A stretch of 64,000 bases of DNA, from positions 70,753 to 134,752 of the forward strand of contig CAWJZD010000003.1 in the NCBI GenBank assembly GCA_963847325.1, given 5' to 3'. Below are positions 51,901 to 61,565 of the stretch, piece after piece. Position 1 is the stretch's first letter; every line of letters begins with the position of its first letter. The notes beneath the pieces are model-generated. The model did not search any database. It was given only the letters and a program-made list of their open reading frames with translations, and had not been told where the DNA came from. This stretch comes from an uncultured Alphaproteobacteria bacterium. Lineage in GTDB: Bacteria > Pseudomonadota > Alphaproteobacteria > Rhizobiales > Xanthobacteraceae. The translations under genes were made by a program, and so were the position numbers.

Positions 51901-54847
51901 TTACGCCGCTCTGATGTTGCAGAGGGTTGCTTTGGGTTCTTGCATGCCGGTGACCGGGTCGTAGCCGTAGGTCGTGAGCGAGTTGACGCTCTCGCCCAGC
52001 ACGATCGGATCGGCTCCCTTCGGATACTTGTCGCGTTGGTCGACGCCCTGGAACCAGCCGGCGAAGTGGAAGGGCATCCACGCGACACCCTTGCCGACGC
52101 GTTCGGTCACCAATGCCTTGACCCTGGCTTTCGAGCCCAGCGGGCCATCCACCCACACCCAGGCACCGTCCTTGATGTTGCGGGTATTGGCGTCCGCCGG
52201 ATTGATCTCGATGAAGGCGTCCTGCTGAAGCTCGGCCAACCACTTGTTGGACCGGGTCTCTTCGCCGCCGCCCTCGTATTCGACCAGGCGGCCCGAGGTG
52301 AGCACGATCGGGAATTTCTCCGCGACCTTGTTCTCGACGTTGGCCTTCTGGATGTCGAAGCCGATGTTGGGGAGCCGGAATTCGCGCCGGCTCGGCAAGG
52401 TCGGGTACTTCGCAACCAGATCCGGACGAGGCGTGTAGATCGGCTCACGGTGCACCGGTACGGCGTCCGGCAGACCGAACGCGTTGGCGCGGGCCTTGCC
52501 GTTACCGTAGTGGATACAGCCGTGCTTCATGGCGACGCGCTGGATGCCGCCGGAAAGGTCGATCGCCCAGGAGACCGCGCCGGGATTATTGCCGCCGATC
52601 TTCTGGATGGTGGCAAGCTCGGTCTCGGTGAGATCCTTGTCCCAGCCCAGCCGCTGGAGCACCGCGTAGGTGAACTCCGGATAGCCGTCCTGGATCTCGG
52701 ACCCGAGCGAGTACGAGCCCTCGGCGAGGAGATTGTGCTTCTCCTCTTTCTCGACCTCGACGCCGTTCTCCATGACCTTGTTCTTGACGACACGCTCGAC
52801 GCCGAACCGGGCGCGGAACGTGCCACCGCCATCCATGACATGAAGATGGGTGTTGTAGAGCTGATGCGTGCCCGGATGCTTGACCTCCGGACTGCCCCAG
52901 CACGGCCACGGCAGGCCGTAATAGTCGCCCTTGGCCGGACCATCCGGCGCCCGCAGCGAGACCAGTTCGAAGTCCTTCTGGTTCGCCATGTGGAGCTTGA
53001 GCCGCTCCGGTGACTGGCCGCAGTAGCCGGTCGACCAGCCACCGCGGTTGATTTCGCGAAGCAGGTCTTCCGCGCTCGGCTGGTTGTTCTCGACCTTGAT
53101 GTTCTTGAACATCTGTTCGGCGAGGCCGAGCTTCTTGGCGAGGAGGTACATCACCTCGTAGTCGTTCTTGGACTCGAAGATCGGCTTCACGATCTGCTCG
53201 CCCCACTGGATCGAGCGGTTCGAGGCCGTACGCGAGCCATCGCATTCGAACTGGGTGCAGACCGGCAAGAGATAGGTGCCGTTCTTGCGCTCGGAGAGCG
53301 CGGCCCAGGTGGTCGGATGCGGATCGGCGACGACGAGCAGGTCGAGCGCTTCGATGCCCTTGGCCGCCTCCGGCATGCGGGTGATGGTGTTGCCGCCGTG
53401 GCCCATCACGAACATGGCCTTCAGGTTGTCCTTCTGAGTGACCTGATCCTTCGGCAGCAGCGTCGCGTCGAACCAGCGGGTCGACGGGATGCCAGGCGTC
53501 TCCATGACCTGCTTCGATTCGAAGCGAGACTGCATGTAGTTGTAGTCGACTTCCCAGACCCGGCTCCAATGCCGCCACGCACCTTCGGCGAGGCCGTAGT
53601 AGAGCGGCAGGGTCACGATATCGAGGCCGAGGTCGGTCGCGCCCTGCACATTGCAGTGGCCGCGGAAGATGTTGGCGCCGACGCCGAAGCCGCCGACGTT
53701 ACCGGTCGCAAGCAGCGCCGTGCAGAACGCACGGACGTTCGCCGTGCCGACCGTGTGCTGGGTCGCGCCCATGCACCAGATCAGCGTTGACGGCTTCTGC
53801 TTGGCGAACATTTCGGCGACGCGCTTGAGTTGCTCGCCGGGAACGCCGGTGACACGCTCCACCTCTTCCGGCGTCCACTTCATGATTTCTTTTTTGGCGT
53901 CTTCCATGCCGTAGACGCGCTGGCGGATGAATTCCTTGTCTTCCCAGCCATTATTGAAGACGTGCCAGAGCAGGCCCCAGATCACCGGAATGTCGGTGCC
54001 CGGGCGGATGCGCACATATTCAGTGGCGTGAGCGGCCGTGCGCGTCATGCGCGGGTCGATCACGATCATGTTGGCGTTCTGCAGCTCTTTGCCTTCCAGC
54101 AGATGCTGCAGCGAGACCGGATGCGCTTCGGCCGGGTTGCCGCCCATGATGACCATGGTCTTGGCGCGACGAATGTCGTTGTAGCTGTTCGTCATCGCGC
54201 CGTAGCCCCAGGTGTTGGCAACGCCCGCGACCGTGGTCGAGTGGCAGATGCGCGCCTGGTGGTCGGAGTTGTTGGTGCCCCAGAAGGCCGCGAACTTGCG
54301 GTTGAGATAGGCGCCTTCGTTGGAGAACTTGGCCGAGCCGAGCCAGTACACCGCGTCGGGCCCTGACTTCTGCCGGATCTCCATCAGCTTGTCGCCGATC
54401 TCGCTGATCGCGGTTTCCCAGGAAACCCGCGTCCCACTGGCCGTTTACGAGCTTGGTCGGGTAGCGCAGGCGGCGATCGCCATGCACGAGCTCGCGAACC
54501 GCGGCGCCCTTGGCGCAGTGCGAACCGCGATTGATCGGGCTATCCCAGCCCGGCTCCTGGCCGATCCACACGCCGTTCGAGACTTCGGCAATGACGGTGC
54601 AGCCGACCGAGCAGTGCGTGCAGATGTTCTTGCGGATGGTGACCGCGGCGCCGGCAGCGGCCGGCGGACCGGCCTCAGCCTTGCGGACACTGACCATCGG
54701 CAGAGCGCCGACGACGGTCAAAGCACCGGCGGCGAGGCCGGAGCGGCGCAGGAAAGTGCGGCGATCGAGCGCGCCACCGGCTTGCGAAGCAAGCGCGCCG
54801 ACAAGTGATCCGCGGCGGGCTTGGCGATCTTTTCTTTTGATCAGCAT
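51901..54847 (-). CDS. fdhA: Periplasmic Mo/W-bisPGD formate dehydrogenase alpha subunit (Cys ligand); frameshift near 54435
   Basis: Tat motif DRRTFLR, CTHCSVGC...HCAKG, ARICHS, RGHCNVQG, LTSGRL. ORFs 54020..54847 and 51901..54384 join if one G is removed. Confidence 0.93.
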
Positions 54848-54860
54848 GTGCGTTTTCCCC

Positions 54861-55064
54861 TCAGCGCGGATAGCGGTTGACGCGATAGAAGGTCTTTACG
54901 GCGTCGGTTTCTTTGTACCGGGCCTTGCGCTTCTCATCGTTGTTCTCGGTGTCGGCGCGAGCCACGCTCAACGGCGCCGCCGTCGCGGCGACGCCAGCAC
55001 CGGCGCCCAAGACTTTGAGTAAGTCCCGGCGTCCAAGTCCTGATTTTTTATTTTCTGTTTTCAT
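54861..55064 (-). CDS. Small Tat-signal protein preceding fdh alpha
   Basis: MKTENKKSGLGRRDLLKVLGAGAGVAATA...YKETDAVKTFYRVNRYPR. GGAGG RBS. Confidence 0.8.
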   Translation of the reverse strand: MKTENKKSGLGRRDLLKVLGAGAGVAATAAPLSVARADTENNDEKRKARYKETDAVKTFYRVNRYPR

Positions 55065-55095
55065 GGCCGTTTCCTCCTGAGAGCGTCGCACGTAC

Positions 55096-55869
55096 CTATC
55101 CGGTCAGTGCCAGCGCCTCTGTCTCGATTTCGATGAAGGCGCGTCCGAGCGTGCCAACGTGACGGTAGAATTTCGCAGTCTCGGCCTGCGACAAATCGGT
55201 GAAAAAGCGCCCAAGCCACGGCGCTACATGTTTCTCGAACATCGTCTCGTCGCTGCCGGCCGGCGCATTGAAGCGGCGCGCGCAAAGCCCCGCCATGATC
55301 TCGCAAAGGATCGCGGCATGATCTTCCGGCTCGATCTCGTCATCTGCGCGTTCGATGCCGAACTGCGCGAGATCCTGGCGAAGCCGCGCGAGCGGCCGCT
55401 CGTAGACGAAGCCGGTGAGATAATAGGAGCCGTACGGCATCAACTCGCCGCGGCCGAGCCCGATGAAGAGATCGAAATACTCCCGCTCGACCTGCGAAAC
55501 GGTGGCCGCTGCGGCAGCATCTGCCAATGCAGCGTGCGCAACGCCGAGTGGCGTCGCGTCGCCGCGCAGTTGCGACAGTCTTTTTAGAAATGCCGCGTCG
55601 GGCGCGCGAGCCAACAGTGCCGAAAGCAGCGCGTATTCCTGAGCGCGCGCAACATCGATCTCGTCGATGTCGCCTCCGGCCTGCGCGACAAAAAGATCCG
55701 GCCGCAAAATTGCGCGGTTGACACCGGTGACGCCTTCAACCGACAGGACGCGGTCGGCCGGCACACGATCCCAGTTTGAGACGGAAGGCTGCGAAATACC
55801 GACACGGCGCGCGAGTTCACTCACGCTGCCGACGGCTTTGATTGCTTCCTGGAGACCGGCGTCTCGCAT
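55096..55869 (-). CDS. Cro/YdaS-like HTH fused to a TorD/DmsD-family molybdoenzyme chaperone
   Basis: N-terminal GSVSELARRVGISQPSVSNW..VPADR....LRPDLF. C-terminal EYFDLFIG, PYGSYY, EPEDH, FEKHVAPW, FY. Confidence 0.88.
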   Translation of the reverse strand: MRDAGLQEAIKAVGSVSELARRVGISQPSVSNWDRVPADRVLSVEGVTGVNRAILRPDLFVAQAGGDIDEIDVARAQEYALLSALLARAPDAAFLKRLSQLRGDATPLGVAHAALADAAAAATVSQVEREYFDLFIGLGRGELMPYGSYYLTGFVYERPLARLRQDLAQFGIERADDEIEPEDHAAILCEIMAGLCARRFNAPAGSDETMFEKHVAPWLGRFFTDLSQAETAKFYRHVGTLGRAFIEIETEALALTG

Positions 55870-55914
55870 TATTTCTTATAAAGTCCGGCACGTAGATTCA
55901 GATAAGAGTGATTA

Positions 55915-55959
55915 AAATGTAGGCCGGGGTTGCGAAATCGGTCAATAGGTTTTGGCTAT
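55915..55959 (-). promoter_or_regulatory. Putative sigma70 promoter of the HTH-torD/fdh unit with flanking palindromic sites
   Basis: Minus strand ATAGCCAAAACCTA-TTGACC-N17-CTACAT. The palindrome ATAG-N7-CTAT abuts the -35 box. Confidence 0.55.
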
Positions 55960-55967
55960 ATGCACCG

Positions 55968-56627
55968 CTAACGCGGCAATGCGCCGCCATGAGAGTGCGG
56001 TGCGGAAGAATCCTCCTCCTCGCTCGCTTCGTTTTGTTGCACTGCATCATTTTGGGGTGAGACATCGTCCAACGCCGCCACTTGGTCAGATGCAGGTGAC
56101 TCCTCTGCGACCTCGACCGGCTCCGTGCTCGTTTGCAGCGCTTGCGCGTCCGCTTCGGGAGCAGGCTCAGGTTCGGATGGCGAAGGCGGCCGCGGCACAC
56201 CTTCTCCCATGATCTGGCGGACCATGCGGGCGACATCGTCGGCCGGCGTGAGTGGGCCGAAGCCCGGAATGTCGCTGCCGGTTGCGAAGTCGTACTGATT
56301 CTCCGCAATTCCGATGAAATTGCGGATTGCCGGATCGCTGGTCCAAACCTGTCGAAGCGCGGCACGAGTCAGTTCGGACGGGATGCCCTTCTGGAGAAAC
56401 GCGCGGATATCGGTTTCGGGCCCGATCGATTCGATCGGCGGAAGTTTGGAGAGATCGACTTCCTCGCCCTCTTTTTTGGCCTCGTCCTGTTTCGCTTCCG
56501 CCGCTACGCCGCCGGGTTGTTCCTGCGGGCCGGCCTTTTCATTCGCATCAGATGCGCGATCGACCGGTTGCTCCGCCTCTACCTTGCGGCGCGACCAGCG
56601 AGTGAGAAAATTTTCGGGCTCACTCAT
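55968..56627 (-). CDS. DUF3306-like protein
   Basis: FLTRWSRRK, LPPIESI...DIRAFL...ELTRAALRQVW.SDP and an acidic tail; fdh-cluster context. Confidence 0.8.
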   Translation of the reverse strand: MSEPENFLTRWSRRKVEAEQPVDRASDANEKAGPQEQPGGVAAEAKQDEAKKEGEEVDLSKLPPIESIGPETDIRAFLQKGIPSELTRAALRQVWTSDPAIRNFIGIAENQYDFATGSDIPGFGPLTPADDVARMVRQIMGEGVPRPPSPSEPEPAPEADAQALQTSTEPVEVAEESPASDQVAALDDVSPQNDAVQQNEASEEEDSSAPHSHGGALPR

Positions 56628-57135
56628 TTACTTATCCGGTTCATCAACCACACCGCGGCGGGCGAGCGCTTCAGGATCGGCGCGGTTGCGCTTGCGCTTG
56701 AAGAACGGTTTTTCGGCGTGATGCTGCGCGACAAATGCATCGATCGTGTCGCGTATCCGGTCAGGCATCGGCACCGCCTCGACGATGTCCTCGCCTGCTG
56801 AAAAGTAAGAACTCGCCTTCAGATCCGTCGGCGGTGACTCGCACGACATCATAAGGCGGATCGACGCCGGTTGGCCGCAGCACGACCCAGAGCTTTGGCT
56901 CGGCGGTGGAAAGGTTGTCGCGATAGCTTGTGGTGTCGCCCGGGTGCAGGCCGATGTCGGCCATCCCGGCAAAGAATGTTGCGACGTCACCCTCTTCGCG
57001 CAGCAGAGTCCAGGGCGCCGTCTCTGGCCGGCCGTCCATCACCGCAAGCGGACGCCACGTGTAGTCGATCCATTTCGACGCCGCTTTGTGGCGCTCGATA
57101 ATGACACCGACCGGAATAATGACGAGCGGCTTCAC
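56628..57135 (-). CDS. DUF3305-like protein (frameshifts near 56800-56810)
   Basis: VGVIIER...W...W, YRDNL...PKLWVVLR, VEAVPMP, FFKRKR. Confidence 0.78.
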
Positions 57136-58136
57136 GACACCGCCTCCAGATGTTTGATCGGCAAGCCGGTGACCAGATTTTGCGGCTTGAACCGCAACAC
57201 TTTATCGCCGCCGGAAGCAAGAATGAGAAACACCGGCTCGCCCCGCGCACGATCAACAACGACCGAAGGGTCCGGGAACGTCAGCCGGTAGAGCCCGACC
57301 ACGCTGCCCTTCTGGCGCTCATCGAGCTCATCGCCATTCCACAAAGCATCGCCGATTTTGGTGCCGTCCGCGTCGAGGCCGACGTACCAGCTCAGCGACG
57401 CATCGCGCACTTCGGTGAACGGCTCGATATCGACTTTGATGCCCAGAAGGTGCGCGACCCAGCGTTCCATGGCGCGAGCCAGCGCGATGTGCCCGCGCTG
57501 GCCGCCGCTGAGATCGAGCGCAACGTGAAACTGGTCGCTGTGCTCGAAATAGTGCCCGGCGTTGTCGTCGTTCATCACGTCGATCTGTGCCTCGGCGGGA
57601 ATGCCGAGCATCGAAACCAGTGGCGAAACCGGCTTATTGCTGGCCCCGGCAATGGTCTCTTCATCGGCGGCAATCAGCGAACCGTCATGCAACGTCATCT
57701 GTTGCGGCCGGAAGAACAGCTCGGCAGCCCGCAAAACATAGGGATCTTCGCAGCCTTCCAGTGCGCTGCGCAGGATCACGTGGACGAGCTGGTTGAGAAA
57801 AATGTGCGGCACTTTGCGGTTGTTGCGAACGATATCGAGGTAGGCGGCTTCGAGCGTCGGATGCGCGAGCAGGACGGCGCGAAAGCCGAGCATGACTTCC
57901 CAGTTCTCACGCGCGTCCGCATCCTTGATCGAAGCGATGTCGGCAGATGTCACCGGCCGCCGCGGCTCGGCCAGCAACGATGCATGCAGCCTTCGTTCGG
58001 CATCGCAGGCCTCGGGCGGCGGCGTCAGCTCGGGCCGCGCCAGATACACCTTGAGAAAATCGTCGGTGAGATCGAGGCCGCCGCCTTCGCTGCGGTCGAG
58101 CAGATGATGCCCCGACGAAAGCCAGAAGTCCGTCAT
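57132..58136 (-). CDS. Conserved fdh-cluster hypothetical protein (DUF6352-like)
   Basis: MTDFWLSSGHHLL, YLARPEL.PPPEAC, DADARENW, RAAELFFRPQ, KPQNL. The family name is from recall. Confidence 0.7.
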   Translation of the reverse strand: MTDFWLSSGHHLLDRSEGGGLDLTDDFLKVYLARPELTPPPEACDAERRLHASLLAEPRRPVTSADIASIKDADARENWEVMLGFRAVLLAHPTLEAAYLDIVRNNRKVPHIFLNQLVHVILRSALEGCEDPYVLRAAELFFRPQQMTLHDGSLIAADEETIAGASNKPVSPLVSMLGIPAEAQIDVMNDDNAGHYFEHSDQFHVALDLSGGQRGHIALARAMERWVAHLLGIKVDIEPFTEVRDASLSWYVGLDADGTKIGDALWNGDELDERQKGSVVGLYRLTFPDPSVVVDRARGEPVFLILASGGDKVLRFKPQNLVTGLPIKHLEAVS

Positions 58137-58666
58137 GGCTTCGTCTCCCGGCCGAGCGTCGCAAGGTCGACATGCTCCTCGGGCGCGTCCTCGACATCGA
58201 GAAACGAGAAGGCGCGGAACGACTTGTTGCCGCCCTCGCGCGGACGCAGGGTGCGAAACGTCTCGCGGATCTCGCCGTCTTCGCTGATGCGATGAAGCGC
58301 AATCAGCGTGTCGAGCGGGTGGTCACACAGAGACGTCGCAAAGGTGAACTCCTCCTTCGCGGCTGCCGCCGCCTCGGTCATGGATGGTGCGCCGAACTTT
58401 TCGACAAGATGACGCGCCAGGGTCTGGACGGCGGCGTCGCGCTGCTCGTCGCTCGCTTCGACGATCTGCACCAGCGTTGACCAGCCGAGCGTCTCGACTC
58501 CCAAAAAGCCGCTGCGAAACGCAACACGCGCTTTTGCGCCGAGATCGGCCGAGTCCTGGTCCCAGAACACGAATGAGCCGGTGACCGCCCACTCGCCAGG
58601 CTCGGCGGCGCGTTCGAACACAAACGTGTCCGACGCGTCGAGCCTGATGGTGCGCAACAGCTTCAC
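58133..58666 (-). CDS. Conserved fdh-cluster hypothetical protein (DUF6505-like)
   Basis: GTG start overlapping the upstream stop. RTIRLDASDTFVFERAAEPGEWAVTG, AFRSGFLG. The family name is from recall. Confidence 0.7.
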   Translation of the reverse strand: MKLLRTIRLDASDTFVFERAAEPGEWAVTGSFVFWDQDSADLGAKARVAFRSGFLGVETLGWSTLVQIVEASDEQRDAAVQTLARHLVEKFGAPSMTEAAAAAKEEFTFATSLCDHPLDTLIALHRISEDGEIRETFRTLRPREGGNKSFRAFSFLDVEDAPEEHVDLATLGRETKP

Positions 58667-59430
58667 CGTCGCACTCCGGCTGTTTTCGGGCCGCCGGTCT
58701 TTGGGTCCAGCCAACTCGGCTTCATCAAGCTCGGCAGCAGCTTGTGGCGATCGACCTCGACCTTGCCCATGCGGCGCACCAGAAGGTCGCCGTTTTCATC
58801 GATGTTGCGGCTGATGCCGGTCTCGCGCGGCAGTCGCGAAATGTATTCCTTGGCAATGGCGCCGAAGCCTTTGTCTTGCCAGGCATCGACATGAGTCATG
58901 AGATGGCGTGCGAAGCTCTCCGCGAGCACGGCGCCGTCGGAAGCGTCAAAGCCCTCGTCCTCGAGCGTCGATGCGAGCGGCCGCACGCCGGGCTCGCCGT
59001 CGGCAAGGCTGACGGTGCGGATTGTGGTGCCGAACACCAGCCAGTCGGGCGGCTCGTCCTCGCTGCCCTTTGACCAGGCCAGCCTGCCGCCGCCGACCAG
59101 GCCGCCGTCGACTTCGATGGCGTCGGGCCATGTAAATGTCATCGGCTTTTCCGGCGGAGCGTAAGTCGCCAGCGCGTCGCCGAGCGCCGCCATGCCGGCA
59201 TAAAACGCACGCCGCGCGGTGCGCAGCGGCTCGTCGGGCTCGAGCACGATTGCGAACTCGGCGAGGTCGAAGCGGCCGACAAAGACCAGCGTTCCGGCGC
59301 CAAGATCGGCCGCATTGGCCGTGGCGTGCGCAAAAGCATCGCCCGCCTCGCGGAGCACCACAGAACGCAGGCCCGGCGGTAGTTCGAGCTGGGAACTCGG
59401 CAACTCATTAACGCGAAACTGGGTCGGCAT
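58663..59430 (-). CDS. Biotin/lipoate-protein-ligase-like fold protein (degenerate)
   Basis: AGTLVFV...FAIVLEP, WPDAIEVDGGLVGG, IDENGDLLV. The BirA-like layout is present but the canonical motifs are not. Confidence 0.72.
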   Translation of the reverse strand: MPTQFRVNELPSSQLELPPGLRSVVLREAGDAFAHATANAADLGAGTLVFVGRFDLAEFAIVLEPDEPLRTARRAFYAGMAALGDALATYAPPEKPMTFTWPDAIEVDGGLVGGGRLAWSKGSEDEPPDWLVFGTTIRTVSLADGEPGVRPLASTLEDEGFDASDGAVLAESFARHLMTHVDAWQDKGFGAIAKEYISRLPRETGISRNIDENGDLLVRRMGKVEVDRHKLLPSLMKPSWLDPKTGGPKTAGVRR

Positions 59431-59531
59431 GCCGCCTCGGATTGGCTCTTTTTCTTTGGCCTAATTATAACCTAAATCCGGATGCGGCCAGCGTGGGGGC
59501 TAAAGCCGCACATTTAGATGACATTGGAAGC

Positions 59532-61559
59532 GTGACCGAGAAGCGGACCATAATTGCGTGCTCGTGCGAGGACACGATGCCGCTCGATGCGGGCGCGATT
59601 AAGCGCGGCTGCAAGGGCGCCGACGTCGTTACCGCCCGGTATCTATGCCGCGCCCAGACCGAGATCTTCCAGAAGCTCGCCAGCGCCGGAACGCCGATCA
59701 CGGTGGGCTGCACGCAGGAAGCACCGCTTTTCTCAGAGCTGGCCGGCGATAAGGCCGATGTTCAGTTCGTGAACGTCCGCGAGAGCGCGGGCTGGTCGAA
59801 CGAAGCCGACAAGGCCGGGCCGAAGATGGCCGCTTTGTTCGCCGCTGCGGCCGAGCCGCTGCCCGACATCCAGTTCGTCGAAATGGCGAGCGAAGGCGTC
59901 ATTCTCATTTACGGGCGCGACGAGAAGGCCCTTGAAGCGGCTGAACTGCTGAAAGAACACCTCGATGTGACGGTGCTGCTGAGCGGCGGCGCCGCGATGC
60001 CGGTAGCACGCGCCACCGAATATCCGATCGTTCGGGGCACGATCAAAGCCGCCAAAGGCTATCTCGGCGCCTTTGAGCTCACGGTCGACGACTACGCGGC
60101 GCCCTCTCCGTCCTCACGCGCCGCGCTCAGTTTCGGCACACCCCGAAACGGCGCGGTTTCGCAGTGCCATGTCGTGCTCGACCTTTCGGGCGGCACTCCG
60201 CTCTTTCCCGCAGCCGACCTGCGCGATGGCTATCTGCGCGCCGACCCGCGCGACGGCGCCGCGATCTTGCGCGCGGTTCTCAAGGCGCGCGATTTGGTCG
60301 GCAGCTTCGACAAGCCGAAATACGTCACGTACCGGGAAGACCTCTGCGCGCATTCGCGCTCGCGCATCGTCGGCTGCCGCCGCTGCCTCGACCTGTGCCC
60401 GACCGGCGCGATCACGCCGGCCGGCGATCATGTCGCCATCGATCCTTATGTCTGCGCGGGTTGCGGACAATGCGCCGCCGCCTGCCCCACCGGCGCTGCT
60501 TCTTACGCCCTGCCGCCTGCCGATGCCTTGATGCGCAAGCTCCGCACCCTGCTGCGGACCTATCACGAGGCTGGTGGCAAGAACGCCATCGTCCTGCTGC
60601 ATGACGAGGATCACGGCCGCGCCTTGATCGACTCGCTCGCGCGCCATGGTGAGGGCCTGCCGGCCAACGTGCTGCCTCTGACGGTCAATGAGGTCACGCA
60701 GATCGGCCTTGAAATCGTGGCGTCGGCTTTCGCTTATGGCGCGAGCAGCCTCTCCTTCCTGCTGCGTGGCAAGCCCAAGCACGATGTCGAGGGTCTACGA
60801 AAGACGGTTGGCTTGAGCGACACCATTCTGGCCGGGCTCGGCTTCGGCAATGGGCGCATCGGCACGATCGAGACGGACGATCCCGACCAGCTCGGCTCGC
60901 AGTTGCGCGCCATCGTCGCGCCGTCGGCAGCGACGCGCGCTGCGGCTTTCATGCCGGTCGGCGGCAAGCGCGACGTGCTCCGCCTGGCGCTGCGCGAACT
61001 GCAGGGCGTGGCTCCCGCTCCGGTCGACATCATTCCGCTGCCGGCAGGTGCGCCGTTCGGCACCCTCAACGTCAATGTCGAAGGCTGCACGCTTTGCCTG
61101 TCATGCGTCTCGGCATGCCCGACCGGCGCGCTGAGTGCCGATCCCGAGCGGCCGATGCTGCGTTTCGCCGAAGATGCCTGCGTGCAGTGCGGCCTCTGCA
61201 AGGCGACCTGCCCCGAGAAAGTGATCAGCCTGCAGCCGCAGATCGACTTCCGCGCCGCGACGGCCGATGCGCGCATCATCAAGGAAGAACAGCCGTTCGA
61301 GTGCATCCGTTGCAGCAAGCCGTTCGGCGTCAAGAGCTCGGTCGAACGGGTTGTCGCAAAGCTCGAAGGCAAGCACTGGATGTTCAAGGGCTCGGCGCAA
61401 CGGCTCGACACCATCAAGATGTGCGACGACTGCCGCGTCGTGGTGATGAGCGAGACCGGCTTCGACCCGCACGCAGGGCCGCGGCCGCGCACCACCGACG
61501 ATTACCTGCGCGAGCGCGAGCGCCTCAAGCGGGAACACGAAGGCAAGAGCGAAGCCTGA
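59532..61559 (+). CDS. Multi-[4Fe-4S] protein associated with the fdh cluster
   Basis: CSC, LC, CTQE at the N-terminus, then CAH...CRRCLDLCP, CAGCGQCAAACP, CTLCLSCVSACP, CVQCGLCKATCP, CIRC...CDDC. The GTG start at 59532 is inferred. Confidence 0.88.
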   Translation: MTEKRTIIACSCEDTMPLDAGAIKRGCKGADVVTARYLCRAQTEIFQKLASAGTPITVGCTQEAPLFSELAGDKADVQFVNVRESAGWSNEADKAGPKMAALFAAAAEPLPDIQFVEMASEGVILIYGRDEKALEAAELLKEHLDVTVLLSGGAAMPVARATEYPIVRGTIKAAKGYLGAFELTVDDYAAPSPSSRAALSFGTPRNGAVSQCHVVLDLSGGTPLFPAADLRDGYLRADPRDGAAILRAVLKARDLVGSFDKPKYVTYREDLCAHSRSRIVGCRRCLDLCPTGAITPAGDHVAIDPYVCAGCGQCAAACPTGAASYALPPADALMRKLRTLLRTYHEAGGKNAIVLLHDEDHGRALIDSLARHGEGLPANVLPLTVNEVTQIGLEIVASAFAYGASSLSFLLRGKPKHDVEGLRKTVGLSDTILAGLGFGNGRIGTIETDDPDQLGSQLRAIVAPSAATRAAAFMPVGGKRDVLRLALRELQGVAPAPVDIIPLPAGAPFGTLNVNVEGCTLCLSCVSACPTGALSADPERPMLRFAEDACVQCGLCKATCPEKVISLQPQIDFRAATADARIIKEEQPFECIRCSKPFGVKSSVERVVAKLEGKHWMFKGSAQRLDTIKMCDDCRVVVMSETGFDPHAGPRPRTTDDYLRERERLKREHEGKSEA

Positions 61560-61565
61560 CGGCCG

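Noticed and set aside
51901-54847. Selenocysteine recoding or a programmed frameshift in fdhA
   Set aside because: The active-site codon is Cys (ARICHS). The break near 54435 is a one-base insertion in a G run like many others in the window, with no slippery-site signature.
55690-55869. Cro-like HTH as a prophage remnant
   Set aside because: It is fused in frame to a TorD domain within the fdh cluster, and there are no phage genes nearby.
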